Part shown: in pieces, positions 52,201 through 63,704 of the stretch | How positions within the stretch are numbered: the stretch's first letter is position 1 | Layout of the letters: each line of letters begins with the position of its first letter | Origin: Macrostomum lignano | Taxonomy: Eukaryota | NCBI GenBank assembly: GCA_002269645.1 | Contig: NIVC01000989.1 | Span: 62,001 to 126,000, forward strand | DNA: 64,000 nt | Direction of reading: 5' to 3' | Program-made: the position numbers and the translations under genes | Notes under the pieces: generated by a model | Databases searched by the model: none | Told to the model about the DNA's origin: nothing | The model's input: only the letters and a program-made list of their open reading frames with translations

Positions 52201-55200
52201 GACTACCCCCCCCCTGTAATAGCAGCCAGTGTGCCACTGTGTTATTAAGATCCTCATGTCGTCAGCGGAGGGGAGCGTGCGTGAGAGAGAAGGCAAGCAC
52301 GAACTAGGAAGCTCAGTCTAGCTATGCTCATGAATTTTGCTCAGACTCTTAAAAGCTAGCAGTTGCAATAAGTTATTATTTTGGCCTTCTTGTCTGTAAT
52401 GCATGCTCGCTCAAGATTACACGCTTCATGACAGGGCTTTTGCAGCCAGATGGTGTTCTTATTTCTAGGTCCCTCTGTATTCCTTTCTGTTCCTTAAACA
52501 TGTAATCTATTTTAGCTGCCTTGGTTCATCTTCAAGCCACTTCGAAATTGCCTTTTTCCAATTGGAGAATTGCTCTGAAGATTTAGCCTGCTTTAAATAT
52601 TTGTGACAAGTCGCCCTGACGCAGAAAATAATCGCCCTGACACAGAAAATTATCGCCTTGACACAGACAGGAATCGCCCTGACTCACAAAAGAATCGCCC
52701 TGACTGATAAAAGAATCGCCCTTACTCATATAAAAGAATCGCCCTGACTCATGAAAGAATCGCCCTTACTCATGAAAGAATCGCCCTGACTCATGAAAGA
52801 ATCGCCCAGACTCAAAAGAATCGCCCTGACTCATGAAAGAATCGCCCTGACTCAAAAGAATCGCCCTGACTCATAAAAGAATCGCCCTGACTCATAAAAG
52901 AATCGCCCTGACTCAAAAGAATCGCCCTGACTCATAAAGAATCGCCCTGACTCATGAAAGAATCGCCCTGACTCATATAAAAGAATCGCCCTGACTCATA
53001 AAGAATCGCCCTGACTCATAAAGAATCGCCCTGACTCATAAAAGAATCGCCCTGACTCAAAAGAATCGCCCTGACTCATAAAAGAATCGCCCTGACTCAT
53101 ATAAAAGAATCGCCCTGACTCATAAAAGAATCGCCCTGACTCATAAAGAATCGCCCTGACTCATGGAAGAATCGCCCTGACTCAAAAAAGAATCGCCCTG
53201 ACTCAAAAGAATCGCCCTGACTCATAAGAGAATCGCCCTGACTCATGAAAGAATCGCCCTGACTCATAAAAGAATCGCCTTGACTCATAAAAGAATCGCC
53301 CTGACTCATGGAAGAATCGCCCTGACTCAAAAAAGAATCGCCCTGACTCAAAAGAATCGCCCTGACTCATAAAAGAATCGCCCTGACTCATATAAAAGAA
53401 TCGCCCTGACTCATAAAAGAATCGCCCTGACTCATAAAGAATCGCCCTGACTCATGGAAGAATCGCCCTGACTCATAAAAGAATCGCCCTGACTCATAAA
53501 AGAATCGCCCTGACTCAAAAGAATCGCCCTGACTCATAAAAGAATCTCCCTGACTCAAAAGAATCGCCCTGACTCGTAAAAGATCGCCCTGACCCAGAAA
53601 AGAATCGCTTTAAAAGCAATCGATATTCCTTTCTTTAATCAATCATTGCGTTAAGCGTATAAACTGTTTGTTTGAACCTGTGCGTACATAGTTCATACAA
53701 ACCTTACATTGCAGGTCATTCGCTCATTCAGTTCATCAAGCACATTAGCAACGATAATTTTCTTGCGAACGAGAACAAAGAGATCCGATTGGAGGCAGTA
53801 AAAACCTGTTCGCAGTTGCTGACGCCTCTTGTGAAAGCTGTAAGTTACTTATGACTTTTGTGTCATTTTGATGTTTTTTTCGAGGGCTGAGATTCCTGCA
53901 CTCGATCCCAAAAAAATCAATATTTTCCATTCTTCAGTCTGGTTAGGATTTGCGGAGCTTCAGTAATTAGGGGTAATATTCCCAAAGCTTCAGTCTTTTA
54001 GGGTGAAATTTCCGGAACTTCAGTTCAAGGGTGAGATTTCCGGAGCTTCAGTCTTTAAAGGTAAGATTTACAAAACTTCAGTTCGAGGGTGAGATTTCCG
54101 GAGTTTCAGTCTTTGAGGGTGAGATTTCCGGAGCTTCAGTCTTTGAGGGTGAGATTTCCGGAGCTTCAGCTTTTGAGGGTGAGATTTCCGGAGCTTCAGC
54201 CTTTGAGGGTGAGTTTTCCGGAGCTTCAGTCTTTGGGGGTGAGATTTCCGGAGCTTCAGCCTTTGAGGGTGAGATTTCCGGAGCTTCAGTCTTTGAGGGT
54301 GAGATTTCCGGAGCTTCAGCTTTTGAGGGTGAGATTTCCGGAGCTTCAGCCTTTGAGGGTGAGTTTTCCGGAGCTTCAGTCTTTGGGGGTGAGATTTCCG
54401 GAGCTTCAGCCTTTGAGGGTGAGATTTCCGGAGCTTCAGCCTTTGAAGGTGAGATTTCCGGAGCTTCAGTCTTTGAGGGTGAGATTTCCGGAGCTTCAGT
54501 CTTTGAGGGTGAGATTTCTAGAGCTTCAGTCTTTAAGGGTGAGATTTCCGGAGCTTCAGTCTTTGGGGGTGAGATTTCCGGAACTTCAGTATTTAGGTGT
54601 GAGATTTCCAAAGCTTCATTTTTTCAGTAATTCCGCACATTCAATGTCTGAATTTGTGACAAGGTAGGTAGGGAAAGGTGGGAAAAGCAAAAGTGCAATT
54701 CCAGACTCAACAATCCGCCCATTTTTTCCCGCATCAACCCACCCGCTTGATTATGAAAGAAGAGACTTAATTAAATTAGAAACCACGCCCACGCGCACGT
54801 CTACTCTAAACCGGCCGCATTTCGTGTAGATTTAGTATACAGGATTATTTGTTGCTAATTGGTGATGAAGCAAAGGGAAAAAATTGTTTTTGTTTTGCTC
54901 GGAACGCAATCTTTTTGGAAGACTTTTTGTTCCATGCTTTTTATGATTTTTGTTCCTGTGTTATTTTAGGTTAAACACAGACATCAGGATGCCCTTATTT
55001 GAAATATTACAATTTGTGTCAGGAACTCTACATTAGAATCAAGATCCCCATATTAGAATTAAGATCCCCATATTAGAATCAAGATCCCCATATTAGAATC
55101 AAGATCCCCATATTAGAATTAAGATCCCCATATTAGAATCAAGATCCCCATATTAGAATCAAGATCTCCATATTAGAATCAAGATCCCCATATTAGAATC

Positions 55201-58200
55201 AAGATCCCCATATTAGAATCAAGATCCCCATATTAGAATCAAGATCTCCATATTAGAATCAAGATCCCCATATTAGAATCAAGATATCCATATTAGAATC
55301 AAGATATCCATATTAGAATCAAGATCTCCATATTAGAATCAAGATCTCCATATTAGAATCAAGATCTCCATATTAGAATCAAGATATCCATATTAGAATC
55401 AAGATCCCCATATTAGAATCAAGATATCCATATTAGAATCAAGATCTCCATATTAGAATCAAGATCTCCATATTAGAATCAAGATCTCCATATTAGAATC
55501 AAGATATCCATATTAGAATCAAGATCTCCATATTAGAATTAAGATCCCCATATTAGAATCAAGATCTCCATATTAGAATTAAGATCTCCATATTAGAATC
55601 AAGATCCCCATATTAGAATCAAGATCCCCATATTAAAATCAAGATCCCCATATTAGAATTAAGATCTCCATATTAGAATTAAGATTCCCATATTAAAATC
55701 AAGATCCCCATGTTAAAATCAATATCCTCATATTAGAATTAAGATCTCCATATTAGAATTAAGATTCCCATATTAAAATCAAGATCCCCATGTTAAAATC
55801 AATATCCTCATATTAGAATTAAGGTCCCCACATTAGAAATATAAATCCCTCATATTAGAAATCTAAATCCCCATATTAGTTATCGAAATCCCTCATACTG
55901 GAAATCCAAATCCCTATATTAAAAATTTAAATCCCCGATTAGAAACCAAAATCCCCATACTACAATTAAGATCCCCATATTAGAATCAAAATTCCCATAT
56001 TGCGACCATATTGCAATCCCCATATTGGAAACTAGTCCTTTAAGAAAAGAGCATTTTAAAATCCCCACTCCTGATTTATCCCAGTGCTCGTCACCGGATG
56101 GCGCCTCCGAGAGCGGCGTGAACACAATTAGCAGCGTACTAACCAGACTACTGGAAGTAGGCATCACGGATTTTGAATCGGACATACGCAAAGCTGTTTT
56201 ACTGTGCATGGACGATCGGTTTGACCTGTATCTAGGCCAGATGGAGCATCTGCACACACTGTTTGTGGCTTTAAACGACGAGAATTTCAAAATTCGCGTC
56301 CTAGCTTTGCGAACTATTGGCAGATTAAGTGCTGTTAATCCGGCTTATAGTCAGCCAAATTTGAGACGGTTTCTGCTGCAACTGCTCACTGATTTGGATC
56401 TGGCTTTGCCCAATAGGCAGCGCGAGCAGTCTGCGGTGCTGCTCAGTCACTTGTTGAATACGACACCTAGGTACGGCTGGATTTTCGCCCTGATGCTCAA
56501 ATCTCACTCTCCCTGGTTCTCAAATCTCACTCTCCCTGATGCTCAAATCTCACTCTCCCTGATGCTCGAATCTCACTCCCTGATGCTCAAATCTCACTCT
56601 CCTTGATGCTCAAATCTCACTCTCCCTGATTCTTAAATCTTACTCTCCCTGATGCTCAAATCTCACTCTCCCTGATTCTCAAATCTCACTCTCCCTGATG
56701 CTCAAATCTCACTCTCCCTGATGCTCAAATCTCACTCTCCCTGATTCTCAAATCTCACTCTCCCTGATGCTCAAATCTCACTCTCCCTGATGCTCAAATC
56801 TCACTCTCCCTGATGCTCAAATCTCACTCTCCCTGATGCTCAAATCTCACTCTCCCTGATTCTCAAATCTCACTCTCCCTGATGCTCAAATCTCACTCTC
56901 CCTGTTGCTCAAATCTCACTCTCCCTGATTCTCAAATCTCACTCTCCCTGATGCTCAAATCTCACTCTCCCTGATTCTCAAATCTCACTCTCCCTGATGC
57001 TCAAATCTCACTCTCCCTGATGCTCAAATCTCACTCTCCCTGATTCTCAAATCTCACTCTCCCTGATGCTCAAATCTCACTCTCCCTGATGCTCAAATCT
57101 CACTCTCCCTGATTCTCAAATCTCACTCTCCCTGATGCTCAAATCTCACTCTCCCTGATGCTCAAATCTCACTCTCCCTGATGCTCGAATCTCACTCCCT
57201 GATTCTCAAATCTCACTCTCCCTGATTCTCAAATCTCACTCTCCCGGATGCTTAACTTTCACTGTTCACGGTCAAATCTTAGCCCTAAATTTTATATCTC
57301 ACCCCGTGAGCCTTTAATGCCAGCAAATCTAACCAATCATCAGGTTTGTGCAACCATACGGCAAGTCTTTGTTCGCGGCTCTGCTACCTCGCCTTGACAG
57401 TCCTCAATTAGAGAACAGCAGCTCCCCGCTAACCGTGGCTCTGCTTCAATGCGTTGGCGAACTGGCCCGGATTTGCCCGGCTCCACTGCGAGACCACATA
57501 GACACCATCTATCCTATGCTGCTTGGCCTTCTATCCGATCAGCAATCGCCGGATAAACGCGAGAAAGCAATTTGGGCTTTAGGTCACGTGGTTAGTAGTT
57601 CAGGATTTCTAGTTCGGCCCTACGAACGGTTTCCGGATCTGTTGAATACTCTGCTGACCATGATGCGTACGGAGCATTCTAAGGCTATTCGTAGGCAGGT
57701 AAGTGGCACTTTGTAGTTTTATAGTACACGTACTTTAATTTTAAATCAACTTGCACTTTACTAAAAAGTACACGTGTACTATAGCGTTAAAGTACATGTA
57801 TGTATGCACACCAAATAAAAAAATATGTTGATATTAAAATACGAGCATCTGCGTACTTCTCTGACCAAAAACGTACTTTTACTTAAAGTACATGCACGTA
57901 AATTTTTTTGAACAAAAACGCTGAATAACTCTCTAAGTGACTCCAGCGACTCCAGGGGCAACTCTTGTGACTTATGAGCCATGAGCGCATCACGTGAGGG
58001 GTAGAATCGTAAATAGGTCGCGAAAAAATGGTCCAAATGTTAAAAAATTTCTTGTAACTTTCCAGGTGCTTCGCGTGATCGGCTGCATCGGGGCCCTGGA
58101 TCCGTTCACGCTAAAAATCTATCTGAACGAAGTTGACGCTGTAGGCGATACTCAATACATTTTGTCCCTGCACGAAGTTGAGGAACGTTCGGAGGTTGAC

Positions 58201-61200
58201 TTGACTCAGAATGAATTGTTAGTGTCAGTTAACTGGGCCACTTTCAATGAGTTTTATGCGGCGTGCGCCTTCTCTGTCCTGATGGGCTTGCTGAGAGATC
58301 CTGGCAATCAGAATTCCTCTCTGACTAATAATATTGTAGCCGCTATTATGTTTATGTTCTCTTCGCTGCAGTCCCAGGCTACTAAATACCTTAATCAGGT
58401 GAGAGGACTTTGAGTGAATTTTTTTTAAGTTATCGACTTAACTTTATCGACTCATGCGTGATAGTCATCGTATTCGGGATTGTAAGTTAAGATTTATGAT
58501 TCAAATTCGGACTTTTATGTTTAAAATTCGAATCTTATTGATACAGTGATATGGGATTCGTATGTTTAAGATGTAGGGATATGGGATTCGAATATTTGCA
58601 ATGTAGAGATATGGGATTCGAATATTTGCAATGTAGAGATATGAGATTCGAATATTTGGGATGTAAGGATATGAGATTCGAATATTTGGGATGTAAGGAT
58701 ATGAGATTCGAATATTTGGGATGTAAGGATATGAGATTCGAATATTTGGGATGTAAGGATATCAGATTCGAATATTTGGGATGCAGCGATATGGGATTCG
58801 AATATTTGGGATGTAAGGATATGAGATTCGAATGTATGGAATGTAGGGATATGATATTCGATTCGAATATTTAGGGTATCAAAATATGGGATTCGAATAT
58901 CTGCAGTACCAAAGTATTATATCTAATTTTAATATTGCAACGCTATTTCCAAACAATGTCCCTCTACACCTTAAAAACGCAGGTGGTTCCTCTGTACCTG
59001 GACGTCGTAGGCCAGAAGTCGCTGTCATCCGACATTCGCCGCTACATGATAAGCCAGCTAGCCGAAATGGTCAACATTGTCAAATTGCACATTAAACCAT
59101 TTATGCCGCAGATTGTCAAATTAATGCACGAATTCTGGAGCGAAGAGGATAGCGAAATATTAATCTCGCTAATTGAACTGTTGGTCAGCTGTTTGTACGC
59201 CTGCGGCACCTGTTTTCGCGAGTACCTGCCCGTTGTGCTGCCGAATTTGCTCAACGTATTAAATAATGATTCGTGCGAAGATAAGCGATTGACTACTCAG
59301 GTGAGCGAATATAGTAATCTGATTCTTTCTAATGTACCTTTGTTCTGAGTATTTTTTATTACACCTGCCCCAATGGGCAGATGTGCAACCGACAGCTCAG
59401 CCGCAGCTATTGCGCGGCGCATCTGAAGGCTGCGTACGGCTGTTCAGTCCAAGGACTGGAGGGGGGGGGGGTCGCCACACACCCTCAATTAGCTAATTCT
59501 GGCAACCCATTTTACAGCTGGGTGAACTGAAGCAATGCAGAGTTAAGTGTCTTGCTCAAGGATACAGATTGTTCCGAGTTGGTCGAGAATCGAACCCCCA
59601 ACCTTTAAGTCGTGAGTCCGACGCTCTGACCACTAGGCTACAACTACAACTCCATCTAAGTATCTTAAAGTACTACTATAAATAGTTTTCTCTTAGTAAT
59701 TCATATTTAATTTTTATTAATTGTTGCGATCTCAATACTTTTATCTGTTGTCAATTTTGAGTAAATCTGTAAACATGGAGTCTCTAGACTTATGCAGACT
59801 TTTGAGAATCATAGAGGCTCAGAAATATGATCAAATTATTGTTTCTAAAATATTCATTATCTAATAATTGAAAAAGTACATTTATATGCTTTTTATTAAG
59901 ATCCGATTTAAATATTTCTAAAAAGACATGTGTGTATGTTTCTCTAAAGGATATTTCTAAGAAACTCCCATAATTTACATACCGGGTATTCTTCGAGCAA
60001 AGTAGTTTCTAAGAAACTCGAGAAGTACATTCTCTAGAAACTAACTAGAGGTACATTTCTTAGCTTTTCTCATGAATTACATTTCTAAGAAAATCTTCCG
60101 AATTTAATTTCTAAGAAACTCTAGAACCTTATCTCTGAAATAACTATATTTCTAAGAAACTCTAGAACCTCATCTCTGAAATAACTATATTTCTAAGAAA
60201 CTCTAGAACCTTATCTCTGAAATAACTATATTTCTAAGAAACTCTAGAACCTCATCTCTGAAATAACTATATTTCTAAGAAACTCTAGAACCTTATCTCT
60301 GAAATAACTATATTTCTAAGAAACTCTAGAACCTTATCTCTGAAATAACTATATTTCTAAGAAACTCTAGAACCTTATCTCTGAAATAACTATATTTCTA
60401 AGAAACTCTAGAACCTTATCTCTGAAATAACTATATTTCTAAGAAACTCTAGAACCTCATCTCTGAAATAACTATATTTCTAAGAAACTCTAGAACCTTA
60501 TCTCCGAAATAACTATATTTCTAAGAAACTCTAGAACCTTATCTCTGAAATAACTATATTTCTAAGAAACTCTAGAACCTTATCTCTGAAATAACTATAT
60601 TTCTAAGAAACTCTAGAACCTTATCTCTGAAATAACTATATTTCTAAGAAACTCTAGAACCTTATCTCTGAAATAACTATATTTCTAAGGAACTTCCGAA
60701 AGTTACTGTATATTTATACAAAAACTCCACGAGTGATATTTTCTAAATTTCTGGTAAAGTGTGTTAAAAATCACTTTATTATCGTTAACTATACCTAGTG
60801 TGCATGTTTCAACCTACACAGGTGCTGGATGCTGTTCAACAGCTGGGCCCCAACGCTGAAGAGTATCTGCACGTCCTGGTGCCCGCCATAGTGAAAATTG
60901 TAGTCTCAGATCACACGCCATTGAGCATTAAGACAACGGCGGTTGAGACTCTGTCCATACTAAATCACAACTTCGATCTGGGACCCTACGCTAGTAGAAT
61001 CGTATTGCCAACATTGAAAATGGTTCAGAAAGTTGCCGTACAACCTGCTACGCAAGATCAGCGCGATCTGCTCACCGCAGTTATGGATTTATTCTCCTCA
61101 ATGTTCCTACAATTAGGCACCAAATTTATGACATTTTATCCCATTGTGGATAGAGTTATTCGGCGCTGCAAAATTCAACAGCATCAACGCTTTGATTTGA

Positions 61201-63643
61201 TTGCTAATAAGGTAAATACATTGGCTTACGATAGGAATATTTTTATTCTAATACAAATCCCTTGTAGCCCTTTAATAATCCCCCTCTAAGCTGCATTTAA
61301 AATCGCCATATAACAATCCCACCCAAAGGCCCTTCGAAAATCGCATTAATAATAATTCCCCTGTAAGCCAAAAAATCGTTCTATGATAATTCCCCCGTAA
61401 GCCTCACTTTAAATCGCCCTATAATAATAATTCCCCCCAAGCCTCACTAAAAGTTACTCTATAATTATTTTCCCCTCAAGCCTCAATAAAAATCGCCCCA
61501 TAAGAACTACCATCCAAGCCCCCAATAAAAATCGCCCTATAGCAATCTCCCCAAGCCTCAATAAAAATTCTTATAATAATCCTCCCTCAAGCCTCATTAA
61601 AAATCGCCCTATGAATTCCCCTCAAGTCTCAATAAAACTCGTACTAAAATAATTCCTAAGCTTTATTGAAAATGCAGAGCTTATTTAATTTCCAAGGAAT
61701 TTCGACTATGCAATCAAAGCTCCAGAATTTAATAAAATTTATTAAAACTCTCAACCGCCATCTTCAGGTGTCAAAAAACACGGTGCTGAGCGACTTTTTT
61801 GCTAGCGACCCGGCTCTACTCCGTGTCACAGAGATTGGCGGCCGTCTGTCCTCAGCATCCACTGGCGGCCGGCTTCATCATTCGACAAGTCGGCGACGGG
61901 ACAAGCTGGTCGGTAGCGCCGCCAATGCCGCCGTTGCAGCGGCTTCGTCGACAGCCAACGCCGCGGCCGTCAGCGCCCAGCAGAATCAGAAACTGCAATC
62001 TTTGGTGCTGCAACGATCGTGGCAGATTTCTTCGGTAGTGTCTAAAGACGATTGGCATCAGTGGTTGAGAAATCTAACGGAGACGCTGATTAGGGAGAGT
62101 CCGTCTGTTAGCATTAGGGCTTGCAGGCTGCTAGCTCAGGCCAATCCCGCTATTGGTAAGGCTATTTATAGTATTTTTTATCATGAGCTATTATCTTTTG
62201 GGAGGTTAAAATTTCTTATTTATTGCTTTCTGGGAAAGAGATTTCTAATGCCCGAGTCTCAAAGCCTCAAAATTTGATTTTCTAGGCTTACAGTATCTGA
62301 GGAGGAACATTTCCAAAGCTTCTAAAGTCTGGAAGGGGTGAGATTTTCGAAGCTTGCTTCTCAGAGGGGTGAGATTTCTGAAGCTTCAGTATCTGAGGAG
62401 TGAGATTTCCTAAGCTTTAGTCTCGGAGGGGTGCGATTTCTAAAGCTTGAGTCTCAGAGAAGTGAGATTTCCCAAAGCTTCAATATCTAAGGGGTGAGGT
62501 TTCCTTAGCTTCCGTATCGGAGCGGTGAGATGTCCTTAGCTTCCGTATCTGAGGGGTGAGATTTCCAAAGCTTTAATCTCAGAGAAGTGAGATTTCCTTA
62601 GCTTCCGTATCTGAGGAGTGAGATTTCCTTAGCTTCCGTATCTGAGAGGTGAGATTTCCTAAGCTTCCGTATCTGAGGAGTGAGATTTCCTTAGCTTCCG
62701 TATCTGAGAGGTGAGATTTCCTAAGCTTCCGTATCTGAGGAGTGAGATTTCCTTAGCTTCCGTATCTGAGGAGTGAGATTTCCCAAGCTTCCGTATCTGA
62801 GAGGTGAGATTTCCTAAGCTTCCGTATCTGAGAGGTGAGATTTCCTTAGCTTCCGTATCTGAGGAGTGAGATTTCCTTAGCTTCCGTATCTGAGGAGTGA
62901 GATTTCCTAAAGCCTCATTATCCAAGGAGTGAGATTTCCTAAAGCTTCACTATCTGAGGAGTGAGATTACCTAAAGCTTCATTAGTTAAGGGGGTGAGAT
63001 TTTTTAAGCTTCAGTATCTGATTTAAGATTTCCTTAAGTTTCATTATATGAGGGGTGAGATTTCCTAAGCCTCATTATCTGGGGGGTGAGATTTCCAAGA
63101 ATAAACTATATGTTTAGTCCCGCAACGCAACGCACAGGCAAGCAACTATTCAACGCGGCATTCGTGAGCTGCTGGAGCGAACTACCCGACAGCCTTCAAG
63201 ACGAACTCATCCAAGTGCTCGAACAGGCTCTCAGCGCCTCTAAAGATGTACCAGAGATCTCCCAGACAATTTTAAACCTGTCCGAATTCATGGACCACCG
63301 GGACAGCTCGCCACTGCCGTTGAGCGTGAAACTTCTAGCCGATAAAGCTATCAAGACCAGGGTGTACGCCAAGGCGCTCTATTACAAGGAGACAGAATTT
63401 CGCGACTGCGTACAGTCGAAATTCGATCCGTCTAATTATAGCGACATCCTAGAGAGTCTAATTAGCATTAATAATAAACTGGGCATGGTGGAGTCCGCCG
63501 AAGGCGTGCTGCAGAATGCCGCCTCGTATTTTAAAGACGGCCTGCGGAATCAGGAGTTCTGGTTTGAGAAGCTGCAGGATTGGACTAAAGCTCTGATGCT
63601 CTACGAGAGAAACATTGATCAGCATCCCAATACTGCTAAACTG
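43246..63643 (+). CDS. MTOR: Serine/threonine-protein kinase TOR: HEAT repeats to the start of the FAT domain; continues beyond the window
   Basis: Exons 43246-43568, 44517-44727, 45407-46093, 46957-47204, 49720-49848, 50770-51017, 53715-53839, 56085-56470, 57344-57698, 58066-58398, 58983-59300, 60822-61211, 61768-62155 and 63138-63643; all GT-AG and phase-consistent (4647 nt). TOR motifs: LPRLAAF, LKKDIQDGLLKMLS, FDFEGHSL, IGALDP, VSKDDWHQWL, LFNAAFVSCWSEL, TILNLSEFM, YAKALYYKE, LISINNKL, WFEKLQDW. Confidence 0.95.
43660..43930 (+). mobile_element. tRNA-derived CORE-like SINE, copy 1 (mTOR intron 1)
   Basis: tRNA-like head with A-box-like TGGTTAGAGC and B box GGTTCGATTC; then GAGCAAGGCACTTAACTCT..CAGTT..CTGTAAAATGGG, which resembles the CORE domain; a second copy lies at 59378-59646. 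Confidence 0.85.
44825..45290. repeat. Degenerate (AATCT/ATCT)n tract
   Basis: Recurrent ctaatct/ctatct motifs; mTOR intron 2. Confidence 0.85.
46130..46915. repeat. Minisatellite, ~32-bp higher-order unit built of TTACAGA subunits
   Basis: Unit ACAGACACTTACAGATGGTATTACAGATACTT; mTOR intron 3. Confidence 0.95.
47380..47820. repeat. 60-bp higher-order repeat (x3) followed by a (CCCTAATCCAAT)n 12-mer array
   Basis: The 60-nt segments starting at 47461 and 47521 are identical and the one at 47581 repeats them; the 12-mer array follows. mTOR intron 4. Confidence 0.93.
48305..49405. repeat. Minisatellite with variable 30-42 bp unit (internal GTGATT copy-number variation), ~29 copies
   Basis: Unit (GTGATT)nGTGATGGTTCTGTACTGAAAA(T/G)CAG; mTOR intron 4. 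Confidence 0.96.
49720..49848 (+). CDS. MTOR: mTOR exon 5 (absent from the ORF track)
   Basis: cattttag|G..CTTAG|gtgagc; translates to (K)SRTSLIESSVFLCISLIAKSVGTHLERGTMKELLDSMFASGL(S), which fits the TOR HEAT region just before PALT. Confidence 0.92.
49943..50720. repeat. Minisatellite, 34/35-bp unit, ~22 copies
   Basis: Unit GCTTTCAAATAAACTCATTTTCCTTCAGCTCTGTC; mTOR intron 5. Confidence 0.96.
51040..52043. repeat. Minisatellite, 21-bp unit, ~48 copies, highly homogeneous
   Basis: Unit TTTATGTAGCATCCCTGAAGC; mTOR intron 6. Confidence 0.98.
52612..53605. repeat. Minisatellite, 19-23 bp unit
   Basis: Unit AAGAATCGCCCTGACTCATAA and length variants; mTOR intron 6. Confidence 0.96.
53990..54620. 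repeat. Minisatellite, 30-bp unit, ~20 copies
   Basis: Unit GAGGGTGAGATTTCCGGAGCTTCAGTCTTT; mTOR intron 7. Confidence 0.96.
55033..56020. repeat. Minisatellite, 20-bp unit, ~45 copies
   Basis: Unit AAGATCCCCATATTAGAATC, degenerating toward the acceptor; mTOR intron 7. Confidence 0.96.
56490..57245. repeat. Minisatellite, 23-bp unit, ~33 copies
   Basis: Unit CTCAAATCTCACTCTCCCTGATG; mTOR intron 8. Confidence 0.97.
58545..58900. repeat. Minisatellite, 30-bp unit, ~11 copies
   Basis: Unit ATGTAAGGATATGAGATTCGAATATTTGGG; mTOR intron 10. Confidence 0.94.
59378..59646 (-). mobile_element. tRNA-derived CORE-like SINE, copy 2 (mTOR intron 11), inverted
   Basis: Reverse complement of copy 1; 59380-59459 is identical to 43848-43927 over 80 nt. 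Confidence 0.87.
60105..60690. repeat. Minisatellite, 41-bp unit, ~14 copies
   Basis: Unit TTTCTAAGAAACTCTAGAACCTTATCTCTGAAATAACTATA; mTOR intron 11. Confidence 0.97.
61290..61650. repeat. Degenerate minisatellite, ~40-bp unit
   Basis: Recurrent AAAATCGCCCTAT..AATTCCCC..AAGCCTCA; mTOR intron 12. Confidence 0.75.
62320..63095. repeat. Minisatellite, 31-bp unit
   Basis: Unit GAGGAGTGAGATTTCCTTAGCTTCCGTATCT; mTOR intron 13. Confidence 0.94.
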
Positions 63644-63704
63644 GTGAGCGGAAGTCGCTTTCTTGTGCTTAATAACTTACTTCTTCGTTGGATTAATTTG
63701 TTTG

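Noticed and set aside
54031-54667. Mucin-like TEAPEISPSK ORF and companions
   Set aside because: These are stop-free readings of a 30-bp intronic array inside mTOR intron 7.
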